Positions 1 through 8,273 of a stretch of DNA of 22,356 nt are shown piece after piece. The stretch covers positions 1-22,356 of the forward strand of contig CAZJUB010000040.1 in NCBI GenBank assembly GCA_964549075.1, given 5' to 3'. Positions within the stretch are counted from its first letter, which is position 1. Each line of letters begins with the position of its first letter. Under the pieces are notes generated by a model. The model did not search any database. It was not told where the DNA came from and saw nothing but the letters and a program-made list of their open reading frames with translations. Made by a program: the position numbers and the translations under genes. This DNA is from an uncultured archaeon (GTDB taxonomy: Archaea; Asgardarchaeota; Heimdallarchaeia; Heimdallarchaeales; Heimdallarchaeaceae).

Positions 1-312
1 CAATGTTTTTTGTAATATGGCTAGAAAGTATGCCAACATATCATCATTGTTGAAACTCATATCATTAGAGTGGCTCTCTTGGATAAGATCGTTCAAATAC
101 TGAAATTGGAGAAATGCTTCAGCAAAAACATTCTGGGGGATAACACGTGCAGTAAGGTCTCTAACAATCTCTATGAACCTAAAAACGTGCTGTTGATTTG
201 AACTCTTATCAATGCGTTCCAACTTTCCATTAATTAGAAAGAGAGGACTATGCAGTTCCTGCAAACTCTTTACGAGGGGTCGAAGTTGTGCATCGTCAAT
301 GATAGTGGTCAT
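1..312 (-). CDS. hypothetical protein, runs off the left edge (first 104 aa visible: MTTIIDDAQLRPLVKSLQELHSPLFLINGKLERIDK...)
   Basis: Hand translation of the minus strand is open from ATG at 312 to position 1 with no stop. GAGGA lies just upstream of the ATG. Absent from the ORF track because it lacks a stop in the window. Confidence 0.7.
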   Translation of the reverse strand, partial: MTTIIDDAQLRPLVKSLQELHSPLFLINGKLERIDKSSNQQHVFRFIEIVRDLTARVIPQNVFAEAFLQFQYLNDLIQESHSNDMSFNNDDMLAYFLAILQKTL

Positions 313-795
313 TTGTTCCTCAATACATAATACTTACTTTGATTTAAAAGCTCAAAAGAATTTTTTACCACAAGAGAAGAAAGAGAGCAATAGGAGACCA
401 TCAAGTAGATGGTGACTCCCTCCCATTTCTTGTCTACACCCATTCTACAAGATTTGCGACTAAACAAAGATAAGCAGAGCTTATCAAACAAATAATTCGC
501 AGTTTGATTAATAAACTAGAGAAATATGATTGCATGAAGATTACATGTGAAAATTGTTCTGTTCTAAACAATATTGTCTCCTATTTTTCTTTAAACGACA
601 TTAATCTTTGATAGTGGTTTTCAATGGAATCTAACAAGTTATATTCATAAAAGAGCTTTAGAAGGCTCAGTACTAACGATTAATTTCTAATAAGCATCCT
701 TGCCCTAGAGGTGTTTTAAAATATCTTTTTCTGTGGATAATGCTTAAATAGTTTATTTGTGAAACGTACGAATTCAACGAGGAAAGGTAAGAATA

Positions 796-981
796 ATGCT
801 AGGAAATAGAAGAGAACAAATAAAAGCATCTTTGAAGATTGCTTTTAGACAGAGTAAACAACAATTCATAGCTGCAAATCAGTCAAAAAATTCGGGTATG
901 GCACAGCAAGCAGTAAATCTCAACATTAGATTTAATTGGGGAAAAAATTACCATAACGCTTTTATGATTTCGAAAAGATAA
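796..981 (+). CDS. possible small basic hypothetical protein (61 aa)
   Basis: ATG preceded by purine-rich GAGGAAAGGT; ends 32 bp before the co-oriented 1014 gene. No recognisable motif. Confidence 0.3.
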   Translation: MLGNRREQIKASLKIAFRQSKQQFIAANQSKNSGMAQQAVNLNIRFNWGKNYHNAFMISKR

Positions 982-1013
982 ATATGGTTGGTTAACAATC
1001 AAGATGATAGCTT

Positions 1014-1697
1014 ATGGTAATAGGGAAGAAGTCTTTAACTAATCTAGTAATTATTTTTCTTTTTATTAGTCTAATAAATTATGGTAATAAAATAGCTATT
1101 GCTGATGAGACAGAAGAACCAATTCCTCACTTAGTTAATCTAGGAATGAGCAGTAATGAAAATGACTGGGATTTCACAGAAAATATTGCCATTACCTACT
1201 TGCATGGTGAGGATGTACAACCACCGAATATAGAGATACAGGAAATCATCACTCACGACGAGTACAAATATTATACTGAAGACGCTAAGATAGTAGAGAT
1301 AACTGAGAAGACCAATTGGGAAGTTTTACCAAACAATAAAGCAGGTAATATAGCAGGAATTAACTTTGAGTGGACAGACATAGATGGATGGCATAATGTT
1401 AAAATAGAACTCTACTATTTGAATGAGGAAGGAATACTAGGTGTTTCTGTTTTTACTTTGCTATTTTATGATAACATCGGTACATATACTCCACCACCAG
1501 AAAATCCACTTAATCCTCCATCAGATGATGATCCGGAAATTACAACACCAATAGATAATGAAGAACCAACAGAGACTGATCCAGTAGGTGAAAATACTAA
1601 TACTCACACAACTACACTTCCAATAACAACAAACATGATAGTACTTAGTATAGTATTATTAGGATTATTGACAATAATAATAAAGAGAAGAAAATAA
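1014..1697 (+). CDS. secreted/surface protein with Pro/Thr/acidic linker and C-terminal TM anchor plus basic tail
   Basis: N-terminal KK plus hydrophobic signal peptide; PPPENPLNPPSDDDPEITT linker; C-terminus MIVLSIVLLGLLTIIIKRRK. Confidence 0.8.
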   Translation: MVIGKKSLTNLVIIFLFISLINYGNKIAIADETEEPIPHLVNLGMSSNENDWDFTENIAITYLHGEDVQPPNIEIQEIITHDEYKYYTEDAKIVEITEKTNWEVLPNNKAGNIAGINFEWTDIDGWHNVKIELYYLNEEGILGVSVFTLLFYDNIGTYTPPPENPLNPPSDDDPEITTPIDNEEPTETDPVGENTNTHTTTLPITTNMIVLSIVLLGLLTIIIKRRK

Positions 1698-1724
1698 AAA
1701 GAAAAAAGGATTATGAAAGAAGGT
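1693..1724. repeat. imperfect direct repeat, copy 1 (also a U-rich terminator-like tract on the minus strand)
   Basis: aataaaaagaaaaaag-gatta-tgaaagaaggt matches 3571-3600 over 16 + 11 identical bases. Confidence 0.65.
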
Positions 1725-3449
1725 TTATTTCTTTCTTCGTTTTGAGATGAATGGTAAAACTACTAAGATCAATGATGAAATCCAGAAGTAACTACTCTCA
1801 ACTGGTTCAACAACTGCAACCCAGATCGTGTTTGAAGCTTCATTGTCTGATGTATCTTTAGCAACAAGTGTATAGTTGTAAGTACCAACTGGAAGTAGAT
1901 CAACGTTGATAGAGATATTTTGACCATCGGTCCAAGACGCTGTTAAGGTAAATAGTATTCCATCTCTGTAAATCTCATAAGTATCAGGATTATCATCCTC
2001 GAGTATCCAGCTTATGAAATTGCCAGTAGTACCAAATTGATATTCTAGGTTATTATTAGAGGTAGTGATTAATGGAGGGGGATCAAGTTCTCTTACTGTA
2101 ACAAATATTGTACTAGTAGCTTCATTATCAAATGTGTCTTTTGCAACCAACGTATAATTGTAAATTCCAAGCGAAAGCAAGTCTACGTTAATTGTAACAT
2201 TCAACCCATCTGTCCATGGTGTATCACTAACAAGCATTATTCCCTCTCTAAGAATATTGTATGTGCCTGGATTGTCATCCTCTAATATCCAGCTGATATA
2301 ATTGTTAGTTCTTCCAACAATGTATTCAAGATCACCGCTTGAAGTAATAAGGGGTAAACTTTCATCGCTTAACTCAATTGGTCCTAATATAGCTAATGGT
2401 TCTGAATCTAGAAGTTTTCTAACAAAGAACCAATCAACTCTTAGTTCACCTCCAGGTTGAGGATATCCAGGAAGTGAATTATGATGCCAGCTAAATGATT
2501 TCAAAGCGCATCCAGAAGTTCCTGGATATGCATATGATTTAAGCAATATACCATATTCATCACCTGGACCAGCATATGCAGCTCTGGTTGCTAAAGTTAC
2601 TTGTAAAGGAACCGTTGGTATTTGAGCTGTATGAACAGCAATGTTTGTTCCATTATCAAACTCAACGTAAGAATTATTAAACCAACGAATCTCATTTGTA
2701 AACCAAGTCATTTGCGGTACATGATATTCTGTAACTTCCCAATCATCCTTTACAGTGGTAGCCCCTCTTGTTGTTGATGGGATTCCTATTCCCACCATAT
2801 TATCAACAGAAGTTGAAAGTGGTTGTCCATGACCAAAATACATGTCTGAAAATCCTACAAAAGCAAAACCAGTAAAATCATTTCCAGTATCAGTATTGAG
2901 ACGAAGGTAATCATCAGTGATTTCATAGCTACTATAGATGTCTGAATCAACTAACCACTTTGTGAGATTAAGACCAGGATTCGAGAAATCTTCAAAGAAA
3001 ATAAATGTTTCTTCTCCGTTACTTTCAGAAGAAGCTAAAGGATTTCCAAAGTACATTTCAATGAAAGGAGTGCTTGCTTTTGCTATTTTTACCCAAACAA
3101 TGGAAGTGCCAATCGGATTCCATTTTTCGATATAATAGCTCAGAGAATTACCAAGGCTATCTATGAACCGGATATCATCACCTGCTGAATCAGTTTTACT
3201 ATAATCAAAATTGGTTGTGTTTAGCTCTATCTTTAGTTGGTAATTGGCAATGGAAGGAGGAGGAATGATATCAATAGAAATTTTGTACTCCCATCCAACA
3301 AGGATGTTTTTTATTGAAAAATTAGTTTCATTTTCTCTTATTTCTACACTAGATGTCCCTTTTCCTTCAACAATTATTATATTTACAATACTAAAAACTA
3401 TAAGTGAGATAAATATAAAGTAAAAAAAAACTATTTCTCTTCTATTCAT
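1725..3449 (-). CDS. DUF2341-domain cell-surface protein with two tandem Ig-like repeats and C-terminal TM anchor
   Basis: WEYKISIDI...GDDIRF...LSYYIEKWN...VWVKI...MYFGNP is the DUF2341 pattern. Two ~88-aa repeats (SWILEDDNP...YNYTLVAKD). Ends in TM plus KRRKK. Start placed at ATG 3449 (GAGTGAT upstream) rather than TTG 3473. Confidence 0.85.
   Translation of the reverse strand: MNRREIVFFYFIFISLIVFSIVNIIIVEGKGTSSVEIRENETNFSIKNILVGWEYKISIDIIPPPSIANYQLKIELNTTNFDYSKTDSAGDDIRFIDSLGNSLSYYIEKWNPIGTSIVWVKIAKASTPFIEMYFGNPLASSESNGEETFIFFEDFSNPGLNLTKWLVDSDIYSSYEITDDYLRLNTDTGNDFTGFAFVGFSDMYFGHGQPLSTSVDNMVGIGIPSTTRGATTVKDDWEVTEYHVPQMTWFTNEIRWFNNSYVEFDNGTNIAVHTAQIPTVPLQVTLATRAAYAGPGDEYGILLKSYAYPGTSGCALKSFSWHHNSLPGYPQPGGELRVDWFFVRKLLDSEPLAILGPIELSDESLPLITSSGDLEYIVGRTNNYISWILEDDNPGTYNILREGIMLVSDTPWTDGLNVTINVDLLSLGIYNYTLVAKDTFDNEATSTIFVTVRELDPPPLITTSNNNLEYQFGTTGNFISWILEDDNPDTYEIYRDGILFTLTASWTDGQNISINVDLLPVGTYNYTLVAKDTSDNEASNTIWVAVVEPVESSYFWISSLILVVLPFISKRRKK
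1812..2354 (-). repeat. two tandem intragenic Ig-like domain repeats (~1812-2075 and ~2094-2354)
   Basis: PLITSSGDLEY..ISWILEDDNPGTYNILREG..WTDG..NVDLL..YNYTLVAKDT aligns with PLITTSNNNLEY..ISWILEDDNPDTYEIYRDG..WTDG..NVDLL..YNYTLVAKDT. Confidence 0.85.
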
Positions 3450-3570
3450 TTGAATCACTCTTATACTTGTCAACTAACAAGTTAGAAGGGAGTCAGTTTA
3501 ATAAAGTTTACTAAATTATGTGCAATATGGTAAAAATATAAAGAAAAATCCCTTTTTTAAATTATAGTAT

Positions 3571-3600
3571 AATAAAAAGAAAAAAGAGTTGAAAGAAGGT
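3571..3600. repeat. imperfect direct repeat, copy 2; likely U-rich terminator downstream of dppC
   Basis: aataaaaagaaaaaag-agt-tgaaagaaggt, 2 bp after the dppC stop. Reads as a poly-U tract on the minus strand. Confidence 0.65.
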
Positions 3601-3602
3601 TG

Positions 3603-4661
3603 TTAGTCCTTCAGTCTTGGATCTAAAGCGTCTCTTAAAGAGTCACCGAGTAGGTTAAAACCTAAAACCGTGAAGAAGATGAACATCGCTGGAAACATCG
3701 GCATCCAAGGATATTCCAGTAAATCGTTCTGCCACTTGTTCAGGTCGTCCCCCCAGCTTACAGCGTTAGGATCTCCGAATCCGAAGAAAGCTAAAGCCGC
3801 AAACAGGAATATGGTGTTCGCAATACCTAGCGTTACTATAATGATCAGCGGTGCTAGTGAGTTTGGTAAGATATGTTTGAAAATAATTCTCATATCACTC
3901 GCACCCAGCGCTTTTTCCGCCTCCACAAAATCTTGTTGTTTCAGCGAGAAGAAGTTCGAACGTACTATCAGCGCCGTACCGCCCCAACCGATCAAACTAA
4001 AGAATATAACTACTACCGCGTACCGCCCACCCGGTATTTGCACGTCTTCGAATAACACAATGATGAATATCATCAATATGAATCCTGGCATGGAGTATAA
4101 CAATTCGATAATTCTTTGTAAAACATCGTCTATTACACCTCCGTAGAATCCCGCTATCGCACCTAAAACTGTTCCTATAATTACTGTTGTCATCTGACCT
4201 ATAAATCCAAGAGCTAATGAAACGGTTGCTCCAAAGAAAACTCTGGAAAGCATGTCTTGTCCAGTTCCATCAGTTCCAAATGGATGTAGAAATGAAGGTG
4301 GTAATTTAGCTTGATCTGCGAATTGGTATCTAGGATGGTTGAATAAAACGATAGGACTATCTTTAGGCATACCCGGTATCCACAGCTCGACATACAAGTT
4401 GTTCAAACTGATGGCGTTATTAGGGTCTCCCAGTATGATGTCTCTGTTTGTCAAAAATTGGTCGAATGATAATAATATCCAGGAAGTAAAAGCCATTAGA
4501 ATCAAGAATAAAACGATATAAAGACCAAGCATACCCATCTTGTCTTTCTTAATACGTCGCCAGACAATGGACCATTGTCCAGCACCTTTCATAGTCTCAA
4601 TTTCTCTTAATGTTTTTTCATCAAGTAGAAATTCTTCTCTTTGTTCGTCTGCAACTGCCAT
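3603..4661 (-). CDS. dppC: oligopeptide/dipeptide ABC transporter permease, DppC/OppC family
   Basis: HPFGTDGTGQDMLSR; EAA-loop variant DFVEAEKALGASDMRIIFKHILPN; C-terminal FNLLGDSLRDALDPR. Confidence 0.92.
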   Translation of the reverse strand: MAVADEQREEFLLDEKTLREIETMKGAGQWSIVWRRIKKDKMGMLGLYIVLFLILMAFTSWILLSFDQFLTNRDIILGDPNNAISLNNLYVELWIPGMPKDSPIVLFNHPRYQFADQAKLPPSFLHPFGTDGTGQDMLSRVFFGATVSLALGFIGQMTTVIIGTVLGAIAGFYGGVIDDVLQRIIELLYSMPGFILMIFIIVLFEDVQIPGGRYAVVVIFFSLIGWGGTALIVRSNFFSLKQQDFVEAEKALGASDMRIIFKHILPNSLAPLIIIVTLGIANTIFLFAALAFFGFGDPNAVSWGDDLNKWQNDLLEYPWMPMFPAMFIFFTVLGFNLLGDSLRDALDPRLKD

Positions 4662-4671
4662 ACTTTACACC

Positions 4672-5679
4672 TTAATATTTGATTCTTGGATCAATAAACA
4701 CATACGTGATATCCGTTAGCAACCGCGCTATTAAGAATAATAGCGGAAAGATTGTGTTCGTGGCCATCATAAGTGGATAATCTCTAAAAAGCGCTCCTTC
4801 TAGAAACACCGTTCCTATCCCAGGCCATCCGAAGACTCTTTCGATCATTACTGAACCTGCTAGCAATCCAGGCAATGAGTTGCCTATAATTGTGACTATC
4901 GGCAGTAAACCGTTTCTAAACGCATGTTTGTATATCACTGCTCTGTTGTCCAACCCTTTCGCTTTTGCCGTCGTAATATAATCTTGTCTCAAAATCTCTA
5001 AAAGTTGTGATCTTACTAATCTTGCCATGAACACCAGCCCTCCGAGGGTTAGCGCTAATGTTGGTAATATCAAGTATTTGTAGAAACTCGGATTCAAGAA
5101 CAATGGTTTTCTAAAAGCGTCCTTGTTGGCTACTCCTGTAAAATTAAACAGTTGATATGACAATAGCATCAGAAGTTTAGCTAGCCAAAACAGTGGCATG
5201 GAGTACCCCAATAACATTGCTACAGTGAGTGATCTATCCCAAAATGAATTCTGTCTTGTTGCCGAGACTACACCTATTGCTGTAGCCAGTAACAACGAGA
5301 AGATAAATGATAAGATATTCAGTACCAGTGTATAAACTGCACGTTCTGAAATTATCTGCGCTATTGGTACCCCTTCTCCCGCTTGAGTATAATACCAACT
5401 ATTCCCCAGATCAAAATGCAGTAAATCATTAACGAAGTTAATATACCTAGTAAACCAAGGTACTGTATACATGTTTTGGTCTAGTAGCCCCATTTCAAAT
5501 GCTTCCTGGTTATACGCCTGGTTGTAACAATCTGGCGTTTCACAATGGATCAGCCCAATTCTCACCACAACCGGGTCACCTGGACTTACATTAATTAGTG
5601 TAAAATTCATTAACGTAATTCCTAGCATAACAGGGACAATATATATGGTTCTTCTAATTATGAATCCTCTTAATGACAT
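4672..5679 (-). CDS. dppB: oligopeptide/dipeptide ABC transporter permease, DppB/OppB family
   Basis: FIIRR...PGDP; FDLGNS; QDYITTAKAKGL...KHAFRN; IERVFGWPGIG; RDYP; DPRIKY. Confidence 0.92.
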   Translation of the reverse strand: MSLRGFIIRRTIYIVPVMLGITLMNFTLINVSPGDPVVVRIGLIHCETPDCYNQAYNQEAFEMGLLDQNMYTVPWFTRYINFVNDLLHFDLGNSWYYTQAGEGVPIAQIISERAVYTLVLNILSFIFSLLLATAIGVVSATRQNSFWDRSLTVAMLLGYSMPLFWLAKLLMLLSYQLFNFTGVANKDAFRKPLFLNPSFYKYLILPTLALTLGGLVFMARLVRSQLLEILRQDYITTAKAKGLDNRAVIYKHAFRNGLLPIVTIIGNSLPGLLAGSVMIERVFGWPGIGTVFLEGALFRDYPLMMATNTIFPLLFLIARLLTDITYVFIDPRIKY

Positions 5680-5700
5680 ATATTTTTCTCCGCGAAGTTT

Positions 5701-5764
5701 TTACTCAAAACTTTGAGTAATAGTGAGTCACTAATTAGATGAAAACTTTTATGTGCTTTTATAA
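5701..5764 (-). promoter_or_regulatory. dppB promoter: TATA box (TTATAAAA, 5764-5757) followed by two perfect palindromes (5721-5733 and 5701-5720)
   Basis: ttactcaaa-ac-tttgagtaa and tagtga-g-tcacta read directly from the sequence. TATA-like element ~25 bp upstream of them on the minus strand. Confidence 0.5.
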
Positions 5765-5837
5765 GCTTTATCTTCCAACTAGGGGAAAAATATATAAATA
5801 GGTGGAAAGTCGGTCGGTTCCTAAAACTAGCTTCTTT

Positions 5838-6563
5838 TTAGATTTTAGCCTTTGGTCCTGGAATGTTTGCATCTAAATCTTGTTGGTCAAAGGTTATTTT
5901 TCCATCATGCATGTGCAGAATTCTTCCAGCTCTTTTCGCTGCAGCTAGATCGTGGGTCACTAAAGTTATAGTAGTTCCTCGTTCTTCGTTTAATTCTTTA
6001 AACAAATCCAGTACAGATTGACCTGTTTTGGTGTCCAGATTTCCCGTAGGCTCATCTGCCAATAGCATAACTGGGTTATTTATCAATGCACGCATAATAG
6101 CTGTTCGTTGCCTTTCTCCAGAGCTTAACTCTTCTGGAAACTTTCCCTTCAGCTCTTCCAATTCGAATTCTTTTATCATCTTGTCTACTTTGTTTTTTCT
6201 TTGCTCATACGGCACTGAATCAAATACCAATGGTAATTCTATATTCTCTTCTGTTGTTAATCCTTCAATTAAATTGAAAAACTGGAAAACAAAACCAAGA
6301 TTCTTTCTTCTAAAATGAATTAATTCTAATTGTGAGAGTTTGCTGAGATCTGCATTCTTAATAATTACTCTACCTCTTGTAGGAACTTCCAATGTACCTA
6401 TTAAGTTAAGCAAAGTAGTTTTACCGCTACCGCTTGGTCCTACTATGGATGTAAATTCCCCTTCTTTTAAACTTAAACTTACTCCCTGAACAGCTTTTAC
6501 AACATTTGTACCTACAATAAAATGCTTAGAGACATTGTCGCAAACCACAATCTCATTCTTCAT
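5838..6563 (-). CDS. ABC transporter ATP-binding protein, LolD/MacB/SalX type
   Basis: Walker A GPSGSGKT; GFVFQFFNL Q-loop; signature LSSGERQR; Walker B LLADEPTGNLD; VTHD H-loop. Start ATG 6563 preferred; GTG 6587 possible. Confidence 0.92.
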   Translation of the reverse strand: MKNEIVVCDNVSKHFIVGTNVVKAVQGVSLSLKEGEFTSIVGPSGSGKTTLLNLIGTLEVPTRGRVIIKNADLSKLSQLELIHFRRKNLGFVFQFFNLIEGLTTEENIELPLVFDSVPYEQRKNKVDKMIKEFELEELKGKFPEELSSGERQRTAIMRALINNPVMLLADEPTGNLDTKTGQSVLDLFKELNEERGTTITLVTHDLAAAKRAGRILHMHDGKITFDQQDLDANIPGPKAKI

Positions 6564-6641
6564 TAATCTCTTTAGAAAAACATGCACTAATAAAGTTGTT
6601 TAAAGACCTATTATGAAACCTTAAGAGATTTTTACTTACTT

Positions 6642-8099
6642 TTAAATCACTGCTGGATTTAGTAAAATTACTTCTTGAGTAGGAGAAAGGAAGATGACTT
6701 TTCCTTCAATATTCTGATCGCCTTGTTTGGCTTTAAAACTATAAATTGTTGCAGGAATATAAATAACATGAATAATTATGTCCTGTATATCTGATTTAAC
6801 AACAACTGAATCTTCGAATAAGTTCTCTATATCTTTTGTATCGATTATTGAATGGATTTTCTTAATTAATCCTTCTGAATAATTTTCGATTAGCATCTTA
6901 TTTGCTTGACTCATATCTGGGTGTGAGATAACATTTATCCATCTTTTTAGAGTGTCTTCCATTCTTTTGGTATGTTCAATATTCTCTGATAAAAGATATT
7001 TTTGATTCTGAAACTCTCTTACTTCTTTAATCAGCTGTTCTTTTTCTGTTTTTGGTATTGTTTTATTTCTCTTTTCATCAAGTTTGAATTTTTTTGTTTT
7101 AGCATCAAGTTTTCTCTGGATCTTTTTCAGTTTTATAAATTCAATTTGGGCTTCTCGACTGATTTTTCTCTGTTTTTCTTCAAATTCAATGAGTTGTTTC
7201 TTGAGTTCTTTTTTAGCGTTTGTGAACTCCTCATTGTTCTTCCAGAAAGATTTTTCCTCGGAAATGAGCTCTTCAAGTTCATGAAGATGATTCAGAATTT
7301 CTTCTTGATAATTTTGTAATGTATTAAGTTTTTCATCGTATTCCTTTATGTATTGTTGAATTCTTGAGAGATCAATATTTACCAGCTTCATCTTAGGTGC
7401 TGTTTTACTAAGGTTTTCCTTAGCTCTACTACCAATAAGTTGAGTTAACTTAATCTGAAATCGGGTAAAAGCTTGATCCCAGATTTTCTTTTCACTTTCA
7501 GTCAATTCAAGCATACTTTCTTCAGTAACATGCAGTAATTTGAGATTTGTATTTGAATCAACTAGTAATGTTGGAAGTTTGATTTTATCAATTTCAATTG
7601 GGATGATTACTTGATACTTTCCTTCTAGCTTACATAGTGCAAAAGGTAATCCCAGAGTTTCAATTTTCTTTAGATTGATTTTGTCAATAGCCCGTAACTT
7701 AGATTTGATTCTGTTGACGATATCTGCTTCTTGATCTTTTTCTTGTTTATAGTAAAAATCAGATATTTGTATTTTAGCACCAGAATAGAACTCAATTAAC
7801 TCTTTTTCTATTCTAACCAAATCCTCCATTTTCTGCTGATCAACTTTAATTCCTGCTTTATCTACCACTCCTGATATGGTTTCTTCTAGTTTCGAAGTTT
7901 GTTGTTCAACTTTTTCGATATTTTCAGTTTGAGGAAATGTTACTGCTTGAGTGTCTATCTTTTGTTCTAGAGAACTTTTATTGATGAGCTTATTTTCTTG
8001 TTCTAAATCAGGTGTTTGTTCAAGAATATTTTCAATCTTCTCTGCTAAAGAAACAAAATCTGAAAATGTTTGATTTTTTTCTTTTTGAGATTCGCTCAT
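6642..8099 (-). CDS. hypothetical protein with long central coiled coil (485 aa)
   Basis: Long E/K/Q-rich heptad region (~aa 240-390) flanked by beta-rich segments. No family recognised. Confidence 0.8.
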   Translation of the reverse strand: MSESQKEKNQTFSDFVSLAEKIENILEQTPDLEQENKLINKSSLEQKIDTQAVTFPQTENIEKVEQQTSKLEETISGVVDKAGIKVDQQKMEDLVRIEKELIEFYSGAKIQISDFYYKQEKDQEADIVNRIKSKLRAIDKINLKKIETLGLPFALCKLEGKYQVIIPIEIDKIKLPTLLVDSNTNLKLLHVTEESMLELTESEKKIWDQAFTRFQIKLTQLIGSRAKENLSKTAPKMKLVNIDLSRIQQYIKEYDEKLNTLQNYQEEILNHLHELEELISEEKSFWKNNEEFTNAKKELKKQLIEFEEKQRKISREAQIEFIKLKKIQRKLDAKTKKFKLDEKRNKTIPKTEKEQLIKEVREFQNQKYLLSENIEHTKRMEDTLKRWINVISHPDMSQANKMLIENYSEGLIKKIHSIIDTKDIENLFEDSVVVKSDIQDIIIHVIYIPATIYSFKAKQGDQNIEGKVIFLSPTQEVILLNPAVI

Positions 8100-8273
8100 C
8101 TTTAATAACCAAGTCTATTACGCTATTTGAAATATTTAAACCACTCGAAATACACGTTATGAATCTAATTTGAATTCAGAAGAAATCTCTTGCTATTTTA
8201 CTTTATAAACAAATTCCCTAAAAATATCTACGTATTGCCGAATTATATAAAGAACGCATCGAAGTTAAAATAG

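Noticed and set aside
393-440. gatggtgactccc is reminiscent of a fluoride riboswitch start
   Set aside because: The downstream pseudoknot partner (UAAUGA..CCUAC-like) is not present, and no related gene was recognised.
212-491. ORF-track entries 212..415 (+) and 309..491 (-)
   Set aside because: Short and motif-free. The first is antisense to the 1-312 CDS; the second spans the hairpin region.
474-611. Plus-strand open stretch ELIKQIIRSL...CMKITCENC (possible gene remnant)
   Set aside because: Only 45 codons, no start context, no recognisable family.
3603-6587. Treating dppB, dppC and the ATPase as one complete transporter
   Set aside because: The ATPase is LolD/MacB type, lacks the DppD/F C-terminal extension, and dppB has its own promoter-like region.
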